NCBI RefSeq assembly: GCF_036321535.1
Contig: NC_087436.1
Span: 19,780,001 to 19,844,000 of the forward strand
Source of the DNA: Camelus dromedarius
Taxonomy: Eukaryota
Reading direction: 5' to 3'
DNA length: 64,000 nucleotides
Both the position numbers and the translations under genes were made by a program. The first letter of the stretch is position 1. Every line of letters begins with the position of its first letter. The notes below the pieces were generated by a model. The model worked only from the letters and a program-made list of their open reading frames with translations, searched no databases and was not told the origin of the DNA. Of this stretch, positions 13,841 to 25,774 are shown one piece after another.

Positions 13841-13953
13841 ATTCACAAAGGTGAAATTTGCACTGTCTCCTTAACTGGACAGAGAACTTTGTGCATTTGA
13901 GTAGCTGAGGAGATGTGGATGAAATTAGGAAAGAAAGGCTTTAAAAGTTATCC

Positions 13954-14179
13954 TGTCCCTGTTGTTTAGCTATTTATATATAGTAACATGTATCTGTTAA
14001 CCCCAAACTCCTAATTTACAGCACAGGGAACTACATTCAATTTCTTATAATAACGTATAATGGAAAAGAATCTGAAAAAAATACACATGTATGTATATGA
14101 CAACTGAATCACTTTGGTGTACACCTGAAACTAACATTGTAAATCAGCTACACTTCAATAAAAAACAAAATTAAAGAAA
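13954..14179 (+). mobile_element. Short L1 3' end with 5' inversion
   Basis: 13954-14017 is antisense L1 3'UTR; 14018-14179 is sense with AATAAA and an A tail; TSD aaaagttatcc at 13943-13953 and 14180-14190. Confidence 0.88.
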
Positions 14180-16306
14180 AAAAGTTATCCAGTCATTTGA
14201 GAACCTGAAAAGAGAAGAGAAAAGGAAGGGGGTAGCCCAGGTCAGTTGTGTGAAGGCACTGGAAGCGATGGAAGAGCAGGAAGTTGGAAGAAAAAGGCAA
14301 AGAGACATCAGCCTTCGCCCTGCTCATCTCCCTGGAGACCGATCTGGTGGTTCGGGGCTGCAGGGGGCGGAACTGACACCTGTGCCTTCTGGCAGCAGCA
14401 GGTAACCCCACCAGGTCTCCCCAGGCTGTGCCTGCAACAACCCCTCCAGAGCCTCTCTTCACAGCAGTTACGGAAACACTGCTCACTTACCTAAGCTACA
14501 GAGCCACCCAAATAAAATTATTAACCCCGTAGTAAAATTAAATTCTGGGCGCCAAAGGTAAATTTTCAGAAGCTGCCCTTTACCAAGTGTAAATTAGAAA
14601 CAGTTTCCTCTCTCTGGCAACATGACTGCTGTGGGGTTGGAAATAAATGTGGAGTTTTGTGAAGGCTTGAATTTCTCTGGTAGTTCTCTTGAAAACACAG
14701 ACGTCTAACAGGAGTGGTTCAAACAGTCCATCTAGTAACTTTTTTCCCCTGTGACCTTGGACCTTAACTTTGCCTCTGCTCTTAAGGGACTGAAGGATGC
14801 GAATGAGATGGTAAGCACTTTACAGCCACAGGGAAATGTCCCCATAAAGAACCTGGTATCAGGAATGGAGGAAAATGAGATTGTTTTCCAATAGCTAAAC
14901 CACGGAACTGGTGTCTGCTGCACAGAGCGGCGCTGCTCAAAGTCATCTGTACTAACCTGACTGAAGATATTAACGCAGCTAAAGGCATAATGGTCAATGT
15001 ATAGTCGTGTTGGGAACTATGGGAGAGGGGAAAAGGAGAGAGCCAAGAGGCAAATTCAGATGCTTCGTTCACATTTTGAGAGTGTGCTAAGCACGGCGCT
15101 CAAGGCAGTGAACAAGTCTGCCTTTCCTGCCTTCATGGGGTCCCAGGCCAAGCTCAGAGCATCCCTCTAAAAATAACTGAGGGGAAAGAGGCAACTTGGC
15201 CAAGGACAGCCAGGAGTCCAGGCCTTGGCTTGCCCGTTTGTGGCTGTGAGTGTTAATTTCCTTTCCCGTATCTCAGGCTCACAGATGAGGGGAACTTCCC
15301 CCACCCAACTTGCAGACTATTGCCAAAACAGTTGGGATCACACTCACCACCCTTTCATTCACTGCTTCCAGAAGGAGGAAGAGCTAACCAGCTTCAGGAC
15401 AGCCTATCGATGCCCGGCCTGCTGGGCCCAGGGGTGGGGTGATGGAGTCAGGGGCACCACTCCTGCACCTCTAACCCTTTTGCTCTCTTGGATCGGCCCG
15501 CCCAGCGCTGCGGCTCACAAGCCTCAAGTCTTCACGAGGCTGCCTTCTGCTTTCTCCTGCTCCCACTTCTCAGGGTGCGTCTGGGCGGGTAAGTCAGTTT
15601 GGCCCTGCTCTTTCCTCAGGTTGGGGGAGCTCTCAGCTCGGAGCCTGGGGGCTAGGAGGGCACAGGCTGCTGCTTTGATCCCTAAATATTCCCTGGATCC
15701 CCTCTCACGGAGAACCTTACCTGGGTGCAGGGTGAGGACAGGCAACCCTCACCTCCGAGAGATGCTTCAGGCCGTTTTGACCTGATAACATTCAAACCTT
15801 GGTGGTCACCTCCCGTCTTTTTTTCTGATTCCAAGTTCAACACTCAAGCTTCTAACTGGGCTTTGAGTTCCCAAGCTTATCCTCATACTCACTTCCGCAG
15901 TCCAGGCAGGGTCACGGTTATTCTCATCGTGACTTAATCAGCAGGCATTCTGGTTGTCCACACTTCTGTGTGCTTTAGGCCTGTGTCTGAGAGCCCGACT
16001 CTCGGGGTGCTGACTTCCGTGGGCATCTGCGCCTGCAGAGCCAAGGACTGAGCAAATGCCACCAAATTAATGGCGTCTTATGCACTTGTGTGCGGGCAAC
16101 CAGCTTCCCATCCACCCTCAGAACCACAAATGGTTGTGTCCTTTTCTATGTAAACCTTCTACAGGACAGCCTTGTAAGGTCTTTGAGAGGATGAAAGAGA
16201 ATGCAGGCAGGGCACCTGAGAGGGCGCCTGATGCCAGGTAGACAAAAATGGGAGTTATTGATGGTATTGGTTGCATTGTAGTGATAACTGCACATGCCTT
16301 GAATTA

Positions 16307-16670
16307 CAGTCAGCCCTTTGTATCCGCGGGTTCTATATCAAGGGATTCAATTAACCTCAGATGGAAAATACTAAAAAAAAATTTTTAATCCAGAAGATTC
16401 CAAAGAGCAAAACAAACTGGCCACACAATGGCAACTATTTACTTAGCATTTACATTATATTTACAACTGTTTGCATGGCACTTACTTTGTATTAGGTATT
16501 ATAAGTCATCTAGAGATGATTTAAAGACTATGGGGAGGTATGTGTGGGTTATATATAAATGCTACAGCATTTTATAGAAGGGATTTGAGCATGGGCAGAT
16601 TTTGGTATCCTCGGGTGTCCTGAAACCAGTCCCCACCCCTCCTCACCCCCTGGAAGCTGAGGGATGACTA
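16307..16670 (-). mobile_element. MER2/MER2B-like TcMar-Tigger MITE
   Basis: Ends 'cagtcagccctttgtatcc' and 'gagggatgacta', both flanked by TA; reverse-complement homologue of 36744-37030. Confidence 0.85.
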
Positions 16671-17829
16671 TACTCTCAAAAGGAGCAATAAGTAACTCTT
16701 GTCCATGATAAATAGGAGACATTCTTTCTCATAACAAGAGACATTCTTTCCCAAAGTATCTACAGGCAGTGAGGCCACAGTATTTCTACCCTGTTATAAC
16801 TCATGCAATTACTTGGTCCAAATGACTATGTCCAGCCCAACTCTCTCACTGACCATTCATGTTCTAAATTATACCCAGGTGCCATCTGCTTTAAAGTGGC
16901 CTGCATTCCTGACTTGCCTCAATATCTAATTCTAACCCTGCAGAGCACGGGTCATGGATATATGCCTCCTGCATACGAACCAGCTCGTGTTCCCTGCGTG
17001 TGCACAAGGTGAGGGCACGTTCTCAGCTACCTCCCCATTGACACCGCAGAGGCGTTCCTTAATGCTCTGAGGGGGTCACACAGAAGGCCCTTCAAGCTTC
17101 TTTGACCATCACCCCCAGTAAGAAATCCACTAACCCAGTGTATATACACACGCGTGTCCCCACACGTGCAAACATACACACATGCACCCATACGACTGAA
17201 ACAAAGGCCTGTATAAAACAATACTTACCCTTACCATACAGATTAATCCTATTTTCTACTCTGTTCTTTTTCTTTAAAAAAGGAAAATACTGGCTGAGAC
17301 CTCCTAGACTGATTTCAAAACCCACTGAGGACTCAAGACTGGCTATTTTGAAGCACGGCTGTGAGTCTTGTGCATAGAAGCCACCTGACCCGTGTTAGGT
17401 ACCCAGCCTTGTGTGTCGCTATAGTTTCTTCTCGCAACTGCCTGCTCTGGGGATTGGCAGTTATGTTTTGTTGTTTGTTGTTGTTGTTTTAACATTTTGG
17501 TTAACAGATGATAATGTAGCATGGTTTTAATTTGTTTAATATCAGAAATTTATATACAATTTGGTTTCCAGGAAAAGCAGTTTAATTACTCAAAACAAAG
17601 ATCTCTGAGAAACTGGGCATGATGAGGCTGTCCATGGTGCAGATTACGGTTATCATTATTACTCTGCTCCACCCTATTATAGGATAAAAGGACAAACACT
17701 GTCCACAAACATGGCACCAGGCTGGGAACCCTGGGAGAGGAGGGATGGCTTGCCTGCCGACCCAGCATCACTCTTCGTGAGACCCCTGGCCTGCTGCGTC
17801 GTACAGCAGAGAGCGAGCTCAGGCTTCGG

Positions 17830-17945
17830 GAGTCAGACCCAGGTGACAAACCCGACGACACCGTTTCCTAACTCTGTGACCCTGAGTACACCATCTAATC
17901 TCTCTGAGCTCCAGTCCTCTCCTCTGTGAAATGGGTGTCATACCA
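17830..17945 (+). mobile_element. MIR fragment
   Basis: 'ctgtgaccctgag...aatctctctgagctccagt...ctctgtgaaatggg'. Confidence 0.6.
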
Positions 17946-18220
17946 AGTCCACGGACTCTGCGTGGACTGAGGGACTGCATTATAGGTAGAGCCATAGAAC
18001 TCATCGTGGCGTCACCCACCACAGTCGACATCACTCCCTTCCCTCTTAAATTCCTTTCAATAATCTGAAGTTTAAAAATATGGGCCAGGAATAGTGCCAG
18101 CGGAGAGAGCCAGAACCTGTCTTTTCCCCCTTTCATTCTCGGGAACTCAGCATCACACTGACCATAATCTTGATTCATGACACACTGTCATCATTGTAGG
18201 TCATGCAAAACCTGCTTCTG

Positions 18221-18303
18221 AACAGCAAGGTCCTACTGTGTAGCACAGGGAACTATATTCAACACCTTGTAATAGCCTATAATGAAAAAGAATCTGAAAA
18301 GGA

Positions 18304-18336
<33 letters not shown>

Positions 18337-18461
18337 TAAAATATATATACGCATATATATATACACATAAAATATATGTATAACTGAATCACTATGTTGT
18401 TCACCAGAAATTAACATTGTAAACTGACTATACTTCAATAAAAAAATTAAATAAAAAGATA
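18221..18461 (+). mobile_element. L1 3' end with internal TA/CA microsatellite
   Basis: 'aaggtcctactgtgtagcacagggaactatattcaa...gactatacttcaataaaaaa'; approximate TSD aaaac(t)ctgcttctg on both sides. Confidence 0.88.
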
Positions 18462-19999
18462 AAAACTCTGCTTCTGTTTATTTGGTTAATTGTTTTGTAA
18501 TAATATCGTCAGCACCTAGGAGCTTGCCACCTTAAACCAAAGCTAAGACCTTGACAATAGCCTTTTTCATCGTGCATCATGGTTCCCACACTCCCTCCTC
18601 TCCACCCACCTACCTAACCCCCTTGCTTCCCTTCACTCAAGGAAATCTTCATTTTGTCTCTTAAATTCTTTAGCATCTAGAAAACCTGCTTTCTTGGATG
18701 GAGTCGAGTTCAGGGCCATGCTAAGCTGAACTCTGGAGAGACCCTGGATTGCTCATAAACCAGGCAGACGCATGGAGGGGGGGTAATGAGTATGTTGTTG
18801 TTGTGGCTCTTCTTCTTGGAGGGCAGCAGAACATCTTCCTTTTCTTCTTCCTCTGGATGTGCTTTCATTCTCTGCCATCCTTAGGAAAACAATGTGTGGG
18901 TGGAGGTAAGGAGAAAGTGAAGCACAGGACCACTCAGTCTCTGTTTAGCTCTCAGAAGCACAGTGGAAATTGAAGTTTTCCAAGGAACACTGGCCTTGGC
19001 TACAGTAGAACACGACATATATCTGGATCCTCCTACAGGAGCTTCTGGATACATAGTTTCAGTAGGGAACTAAGCAACTACCAACTAGCGTGCGAAGACT
19101 TTGTGACTCTTATCTAAAGTACAGGAAAGACCCTCAGCAGAGATGGCAGGAAATTCTAGCACCATAAGCATAGAGAAATAGAACGGCTAGCTCCTCCTCT
19201 CTGCTATCTTCCTCCTCACCTCTCTCCCTCCCTCATCCCACTTCTGTCTTTCCTGGGGTTGAAGAATGGTTATATAATATCTCTTTGTGGATAGTTAGCT
19301 CTTAATTATCCACTTTGTGGCTTTTTTTTTTTCTAATCCTAGGTTGAGTTTGCCTGCCATCCTACACATTACCACAGCACCATCTCCTTTTCTGACCCAG
19401 CTGGTATATTCTCAAAGAGCAGGTGAATGCAAACTCATTATAAAATTAGCTAAGTGAAGTGTGCAAACATAGGCATTTCAATGTTGTTCATAAATTTGAG
19501 ATTATCAGAGCTACCACTCTCCTCTCTCAAGATACTAAAAAAAAAAAAATTATTTGAAGCCTATTAAATTGTTTCTTAGCTTTCTCTTTTCTTGGATAAA
19601 TCATCTCATTTTTTTTCCCAGCTGCAGCAAGAACAAGAACCACTCCACCTACATTCCACCCTCAAGTGCACACATCATAGGGTGCAGTAAACTCTGCCTA
19701 AGACATTGATCCTTAAAAAAAGAAAGAAAGAAATTGATCCTGCAGAAGTAGGAGGAAAATGAACTTCAAAACTTCTGCCAAGTGTCATCAGAGATAGATG
19801 GCATTTTGGTTTAGCAAGATACCATGGATATTCAAAAGTAAGTCCAGTGCATTTGAAAAGCCCTTGAGAGTTAAAGCTTTTAACATATTTATGTCATCAA
19901 GTGGGGAAATACAGGAAGCAAGCTCTGGGATGGGGGATGTTGGGGAGAAAAAGAAGAGGTCTCTTGGGCAATGTGAGATTCTCCACCACGCAGTCCCTG

Positions 20000-20345
20000 T
20001 GAGACAGGAGGGAGGGGGCAGGGCACAAGCATTCAAGGAATGACGCAGCAGGTAACACCAAAATGGTGGAAGATTCAACTCCCAGCATACCATAAGGCTC
20101 ACGATGGTGGGAGATTTGACTTCTAGTAGACCTTGAGCTTCATTACACGATCAATGTAATATTAGCATGGTAAATGACACTCCCACTGGCACCATGACAG
20201 CTTCAATGCTGACCATAAAAGGTCAGAGAGTGGGCAGTGGCCCAATTCCTGGGAATCCCAGCCCCTTTCCCAGGGTGGTTGGAATGGTCCTCTCACTGGT
20301 GAGCATGTGAAGCTACCACAGTGCCTACAAACCCAGCGCTGGAAA
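20000..20345 (+). mobile_element. MER41-like ERV1 LTR, 3'-truncated
   Basis: 'taatattagcatggtaaatgacactcccactggcaccatgacag...ttcctgggaatcccagcccctttccc' parallels MER41-family U3. Confidence 0.6.
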
Positions 20346-20349
20346 AGCC

Positions 20350-20640
20350 TGAAAACTCCCACCCCCTTGGGGGCAGCTCTTAACCAATGACTGGCAGCTG
20401 TGGGCATAGGAGACCCAGCTCCCTTGCCCTGGAGGAAGATGATTATGAAGCATCACTTACCCTTTACTTACCACCACTTTTCTGCTGGGATCGGGTGGAA
20501 ACCACCCTCTGCTGGGCTTTACTGAGATCCCATCCTTGCTTGGCATCTTTCTCTCCCCTGTCTGCTCCTCCCATACTTTTATTGGTCTTTCCTGGAAGAA
20601 TCTCCTTAGTAAATCACCTGCTCATGAACTCTATTTGCTA
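20350..20640 (+). mobile_element. LTR16-like ERVL LTR, 3' portion
   Basis: 'ggggcagctcttaaccaatgactg', 'cccagctcccttgcc', 'tccttagtaaatcacctgc'. Confidence 0.55.
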
Positions 20641-20936
20641 AATAATTGTTGAAGGCACAAGGAGAGGAAGTTGGAATGGATGCTGAGTGACAGTCACCCA
20701 ATCTACTGTAGGTTCCTTCAAAAGCCAGCTTTGAAAATTCACTTTGGGGGTAAGAGATAGAAAATAAATATCATGTCACATGCCCTAGGAAATCAGCATT
20801 CTTTCATGTATAATTTAATCTTCCTTACCCTCATTAACATTTCTTTGTATTCAGTAGATCGGATAGAAATGGATCTATTATAACTGGATTTCTTTGTCCA
20901 TCATACACTAACCAAAATCAAATAAGAAGTAATTAA

Positions 20937-21750
20937 GACGCAGCAATTCCACTCCTAGTTATCTACCCTAGAGAACTGAAAGCTTACATACATGCAAAGG
21001 CTTGTAGCAAATGTTCATAGCAGCATTATTTGTAACAGCCAAAAAGTAGAAATGACTGAAAAGTACATTAACTGATGTATAGATACACAAAGTATGGTAT
21101 ATCTGCATAATAGAATGCCATTTAGCAGTAAAAAGGAACAAACTATTGATGCGTGAATGAAACAAAATTTGGGGCATTCACTGAAGGAAGCCAGACACAA
21201 AAGACTACATATTGTATGATTCCATCTATGTGAAATGTCCAAAAAAGGCAAATCTCTGGAGGCAGAAAGTAGATTGGTGGTGATGAAAGCTGGATTACAC
21301 AGGGAGTTGCACAACTCAGTAAATTTACTACAAAATCTTTGAATTTGTTGACCTTAGAAAAACGAAAGAGCCAGTCGTTTTAAAAGAAAAATGAGTTTAT
21401 TTGGGAATAGCAGAGAATTGTATTTCAGAACAAGCAAACTCTGGTGAACCATAGGCAAGTCTGGACAATAAAGAGGAAGGGCTTGCTTTTATAGAGGGAA
21501 GGAGGGAGCTGGGGAGGGCTGGGGTGGTCCTTCATTGGCTGCAGGTGGTGGGCAGCTTGTTGTTGGGTCAGAAGGAAACCTTTTTTCCTGGCTGGGGTCT
21601 GTAAGCTGCTGTGAGTGTTACAGGCATGAGAGCGCCCCTTCAGGGCTTCCCAACTCTATTTTAAATGAAGTTTCCTTTATTTATTTTCACAAATTGTGTA
21701 TTTGAAGTTTTACGGTATATAAATTATTATATATAAAGTTTTTAAAAATA
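20937..21750 (+). mobile_element. Old L1 (L1MB/MC-like) 3' end, interrupted by an LTR
   Basis: 'cagcaattccactcctag...aatgttcatagcagcattatt...tgtatgattccatctatgtgaaatgtcc'; resumes after 21691. Confidence 0.8.
21346..21691 (-). mobile_element. Complete solo ERV1-class LTR (346 bp)
   Basis: TG...CA termini; 4-bp TSD aatt (21342-21345, 21692-21695); AATAAA on the minus strand near 21399. Confidence 0.85.
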
Positions 21751-22404
21751 GAAGTAATTGAAATGGTGTTGGTGGAGGGGATCTTGGACATTTACCACCT
21801 GTCACAGAGGCAACATATGATCAATAATTAGGAGATTCTGGTCCCAACAAAATATTTATGAGGGCTTATGTTGGTTTCTAAACCTACAGCCTCATACAGA
21901 CCTGCGAAATAAATTAAAGCAAAATTAGAAACTTACTGATTCTAGCCCTACGCAAACGGACCTGCCCATCTGAGTGTGCTTGTGTGTGCAGGGGTGTGTG
22001 TGTGCGTATGTGTGCATGTACGTGCACGTAGCCACTTACGTTGGCTTATTTGTAGGCAGAGTATTTCCCCTTCATCCTCACATACTTACTTAAAAATGTG
22101 AGCTGTGGCAAGAAGGCGCAAAACAGGTCGAGTTGCCGGAGGAGCACTCTAAGTGTAATCGTAAGCTAGGCACGTGGATGCAGAAGGAAAGAGAGTATTG
22201 ACCTACATCACTGTGTTTGTTGGGGTCTGTGTTTCCCAAAAAGGTTTTCTGGAACATTAGTCCTGGGAAGTACTTCTTTAAAAGGAGTTTCCTTGTCAAG
22301 TTTGAGGGAAACTTTTCACAGGTTCTGAGGAGTCTCACAATGTACAAACAAGCAGGTAAGTTTTAAACCAGAGTTTCCCAAATCCATTTTTGATATTAAT
22401 TACA

Positions 22405-22620
22405 GCATTAATAATAGATAATGTTTGTTCAGCACTGTGTTAAGCATGGCACATACATTTACTACCTCCTTGAGTCCTCATAATAGTGCTAAGAGGAAAG
22501 AACAATTAGCCCCATTTTAAGGATGTGAAAATTGAAGCCTATGAGAGGCAGAGATGCTTTGCGGACCAGGAAAATCTGACTCCAGTGCCCATGCCAGCAC
22601 TTTCCACTACTGCACACTGC
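22405..22620 (-). mobile_element. MIR
   Basis: 'ccccattttaaggatgtgaaaattgaagcct...tctgactccagtgcccatgc'. Confidence 0.65.
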
Positions 22621-23494
22621 TGATTTGGAGCCTCATTTTTTGCAAAAAAAAAAAAAATGTATTCCATGAACACACTTTAGGAAACACTGGTTTAGGGAAC
22701 TCGTGTTACAAACATGTCAATAAAAAGACACAGAGCATGAAGATGGAGGAGGCTGGTTTCCATGCTCCTTTGGAGAAGCTGCTATGAAGGAAGAAGGTCA
22801 TTTGTGAATAAATGTCATTGAATCAGGACCAATGGATGTTCTATCAGTAAGTAAACCAGGCTCCAAAGATTAGTCTGGAAAATTAGATAGTTTTCAGTCA
22901 CACACACATACACACACACTCAAAACTGGGGGTTTGGGAGCCTTTGATCTCTTAAGAGTCTAAAATAATAATAACTTAAAAATAACTTTCTGCCATGTTT
23001 CTTAGAAACATGAACTGATAGTTCACAACTATTCCAAAACATAATTGAAATGTCTTTTTTTTTAAATGCAGTATGTCACATTAGTTACAGGAGAGTACAT
23101 TATGGGATGATGATAAGAAAGTTCCAAGATTTAAAGCAGAGCAGAGTAGAAAAAGAAAAAAAATTTAATTGTGGTATTAATCAATTGTGAACTATATTCA
23201 TAACTGATGCTTTCTTTAAACTCATGTTGATCCCTGGACCCACCTTTAACGTACACAATTCAGTTGACAAAGGGTGGTAATGAAAATGCATTGGAGGTCA
23301 CACGTCAGGGTTTAAATGTGAACATCTATTTGCTCTGTCTCCCAATTCATTTTCTCATGGCTTCTGTTTTCATCAGAGAGGTCTGACAGGATGTCTCTAA
23401 CCAACTCCAGAATTTGTTGTCAGTGATGCACGGACTGGCATGCTCAAAAGGCACTTGTGATCTTCTCAGAGTTGATTTGAGTTCCAGAAAATCA

Positions 23495-24110
23495 GGATTG
23501 AAGGCACAAGGATGTTCATCACAGCAATAGTTATTTCTGCAAAGAATCCATATTGACCTAAGTGTCAACAAAAGGGAAGAGACTAAATAAATAGTAGTAC
23601 ATCCAAATCTGTGGGCTATTATGTAGCCATTAAAAATCAAGTCTTGAACATTATTTAAAATATTATGAAATCTTTATAGTAAAAATTTACATAATAGAAG
23701 ATCTAAAATTGTGTGTACAGAATATCTTAACTTTATAAAATAAATGTTTGGGGAGAGGGAGGGAGAGAGGAATGAATAAGATGGAGCACAAGGGATTTTT
23801 AGGGCAATGAAATTATTCCATGTGATACTATATTGGTGGCTACATGTCATTATGCATTTGTCAAAGCCCATAGAATGTACAAAATCAAAGTGAACCCTAA
23901 TGTAAATTATGGACTTTGATAATAATGTGCTCACATTGTTTCATTAATTTTACCAAATATGCCACACAGATGAGGGATGTTGAGGGTAGGGGAGTATATA
24001 TGTGTGGGTGGGGAGGGCTATGTGCGAACTCTGTATTTTTTGCTCAATTCTGTTGTGAACCTGAAACTACTCTAAAAGAATAAAGTCTATTAAAAATAAA
24101 AAATTAATAT
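23495..24110 (+). mobile_element. Old L1 3' regions (L1MC/ME-like)
   Basis: 'catgtcattatgcatttgtcaaagcccatagaatgtac...gtgaaccctaatgtaaattatggacttt...ctctaaaagaataaagtctattaaaaa'. Confidence 0.75.
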
Positions 24111-24399
24111 TTCTAATATACATACACATGAGAATTTCATCAAAATGTTCAGGGTGATTATCTTGAAACAGTGGGATTACTATAACATATGTTCCTTCCT
24201 TTTTTTTTCCTGTAAATACTTGCCTATGATTTCCGCAGTTTTTTAAAAATAATGAAGTTGTTCTATGTTTATAGCAACTAATGTTTTAATTGAAAAAAGA
24301 AAACACTTACTAAAGCTAGATGTATGAGAGATGTAAAATTGGTATGATAGTTTCTGAAATGCTAAACTAAAGGTCTGTTTATACGTACTTATTCCTGAG

Positions 24400-24615
24400 G
24401 GCTGTGGAACCAGACAGTTTTTTGTTCAACTCCTAACCCCACTGCTTCCTATCCAGGTAACTGTGGGAGAGTTATTAACTTATCTCAGTTCCTTCATATG
24501 TAAATTAGGGCTGATAATAGGATTTTCCTCATAGGGCTGATGTGAGGATCAAATGAGGCATTACAGGGGTGGCACCCAGAGCAGACGGTGCCTCAAATAG
24601 TGAGTCCTTGGCCGT
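24400..24615 (+). mobile_element. MIR
   Basis: 'ctcagttccttcatatgtaaattaggg...ctcatagggctgatgtgaggatcaaatgag'. Confidence 0.65.
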
Positions 24616-25774
24616 TGCTGTTGCCATTACTTCTCTGCCACAGCACGACAAAGGTGTCACAACTGGGACAGGACACAGGAGTCTATGACATTCTGACAGA
24701 CACTCATAACTTTCAGACGAAGTGCAGAATTTTGATTGTTAAGCCAGAGCAACCTTGCAACTTGAGTCCTCTGTGTGACAGGGTCCAACCCTTTCCAGCC
24801 TAATTGGCATCATCCAACAGGGTACCCGAAGAGGCCATTTGCCTGCAGCTGGTAGGAATATTCTCTGTGAGCCAGGGAGGAGGTATAGATACCATTCTGA
24901 TTTACAATAAACCAGAAACAACACTCCTGAAAATTCATAGTGGATCAAATTTGGGGAATATTTTAAATGCACTAAATTAATTGAGAATTGAAAGGAACAT
25001 TGCAGAACACCTATTATAGCATAGTTTCTTATAGTGCAAAATTGGAAACAATCTAAATACAAATCAACAGGTATTTAAATGAGGGCAGAGCTCCCACCTG
25101 GTGGGCCTTATCCATCGATGAGCCAAGGATGGGGTGCAGGTGTGCTGAGGCTGATTCCTTCAGCTCTCAGGATAGCTAGAGGGGGTCTAGGGTTTATTCA
25201 AATATGCCATCAAAATATACTTCTCATATAAATGTGTGTGTGGATGACATGAAAAGATGGGAACACAAGTTAGGGTTCCTGGGTAGAATCAACAGAAATC
25301 AGGTCTGGCCAACTTATTAGAGGCTCTCAGAGACCTGCAGCTCAACAGGGGCCTGAAGTGCCTGTTGGAAAACTCAGGTCATTCTGAGAGCCAGGAAGGA
25401 GGAACCACAGCCAAGAACCAGTAGCAGAAACGGTTTAATCAGGACATCCTTGCCTAGATGAGGGAGCTTCTACAGTTCATTCCAATGAATTCTCTTGGGT
25501 CAAAATCCCAGCAGAGAACATCTGCTTGGTTGAACTCCTACATCGGTATCTGGGGCAAGGAGAGGAAGGATTGGCCCCTCTGACTTCTTTATGAGAGGTG
25601 GACACAGGATTTCATGCTGGCACCAAGGATCCAAGGTGCCAATCAAGAACAAGGAAAGGAAGCCGGGTGCCAAAAAAAAATGACAAATGTCCACGATAAT
25701 GGATGACTGGCTGAAGTGTGGTACAACCATAAGTGAGACGCTGCGGTGCTATTTTCAAAAGGAGAAGGTGGAGA

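Noticed and set aside
15225..15785. 186-aa ORF
   Set aside because: Starts at TTG, has no recognisable domain or supporting exon structure; length is compatible with chance in GC-richer DNA
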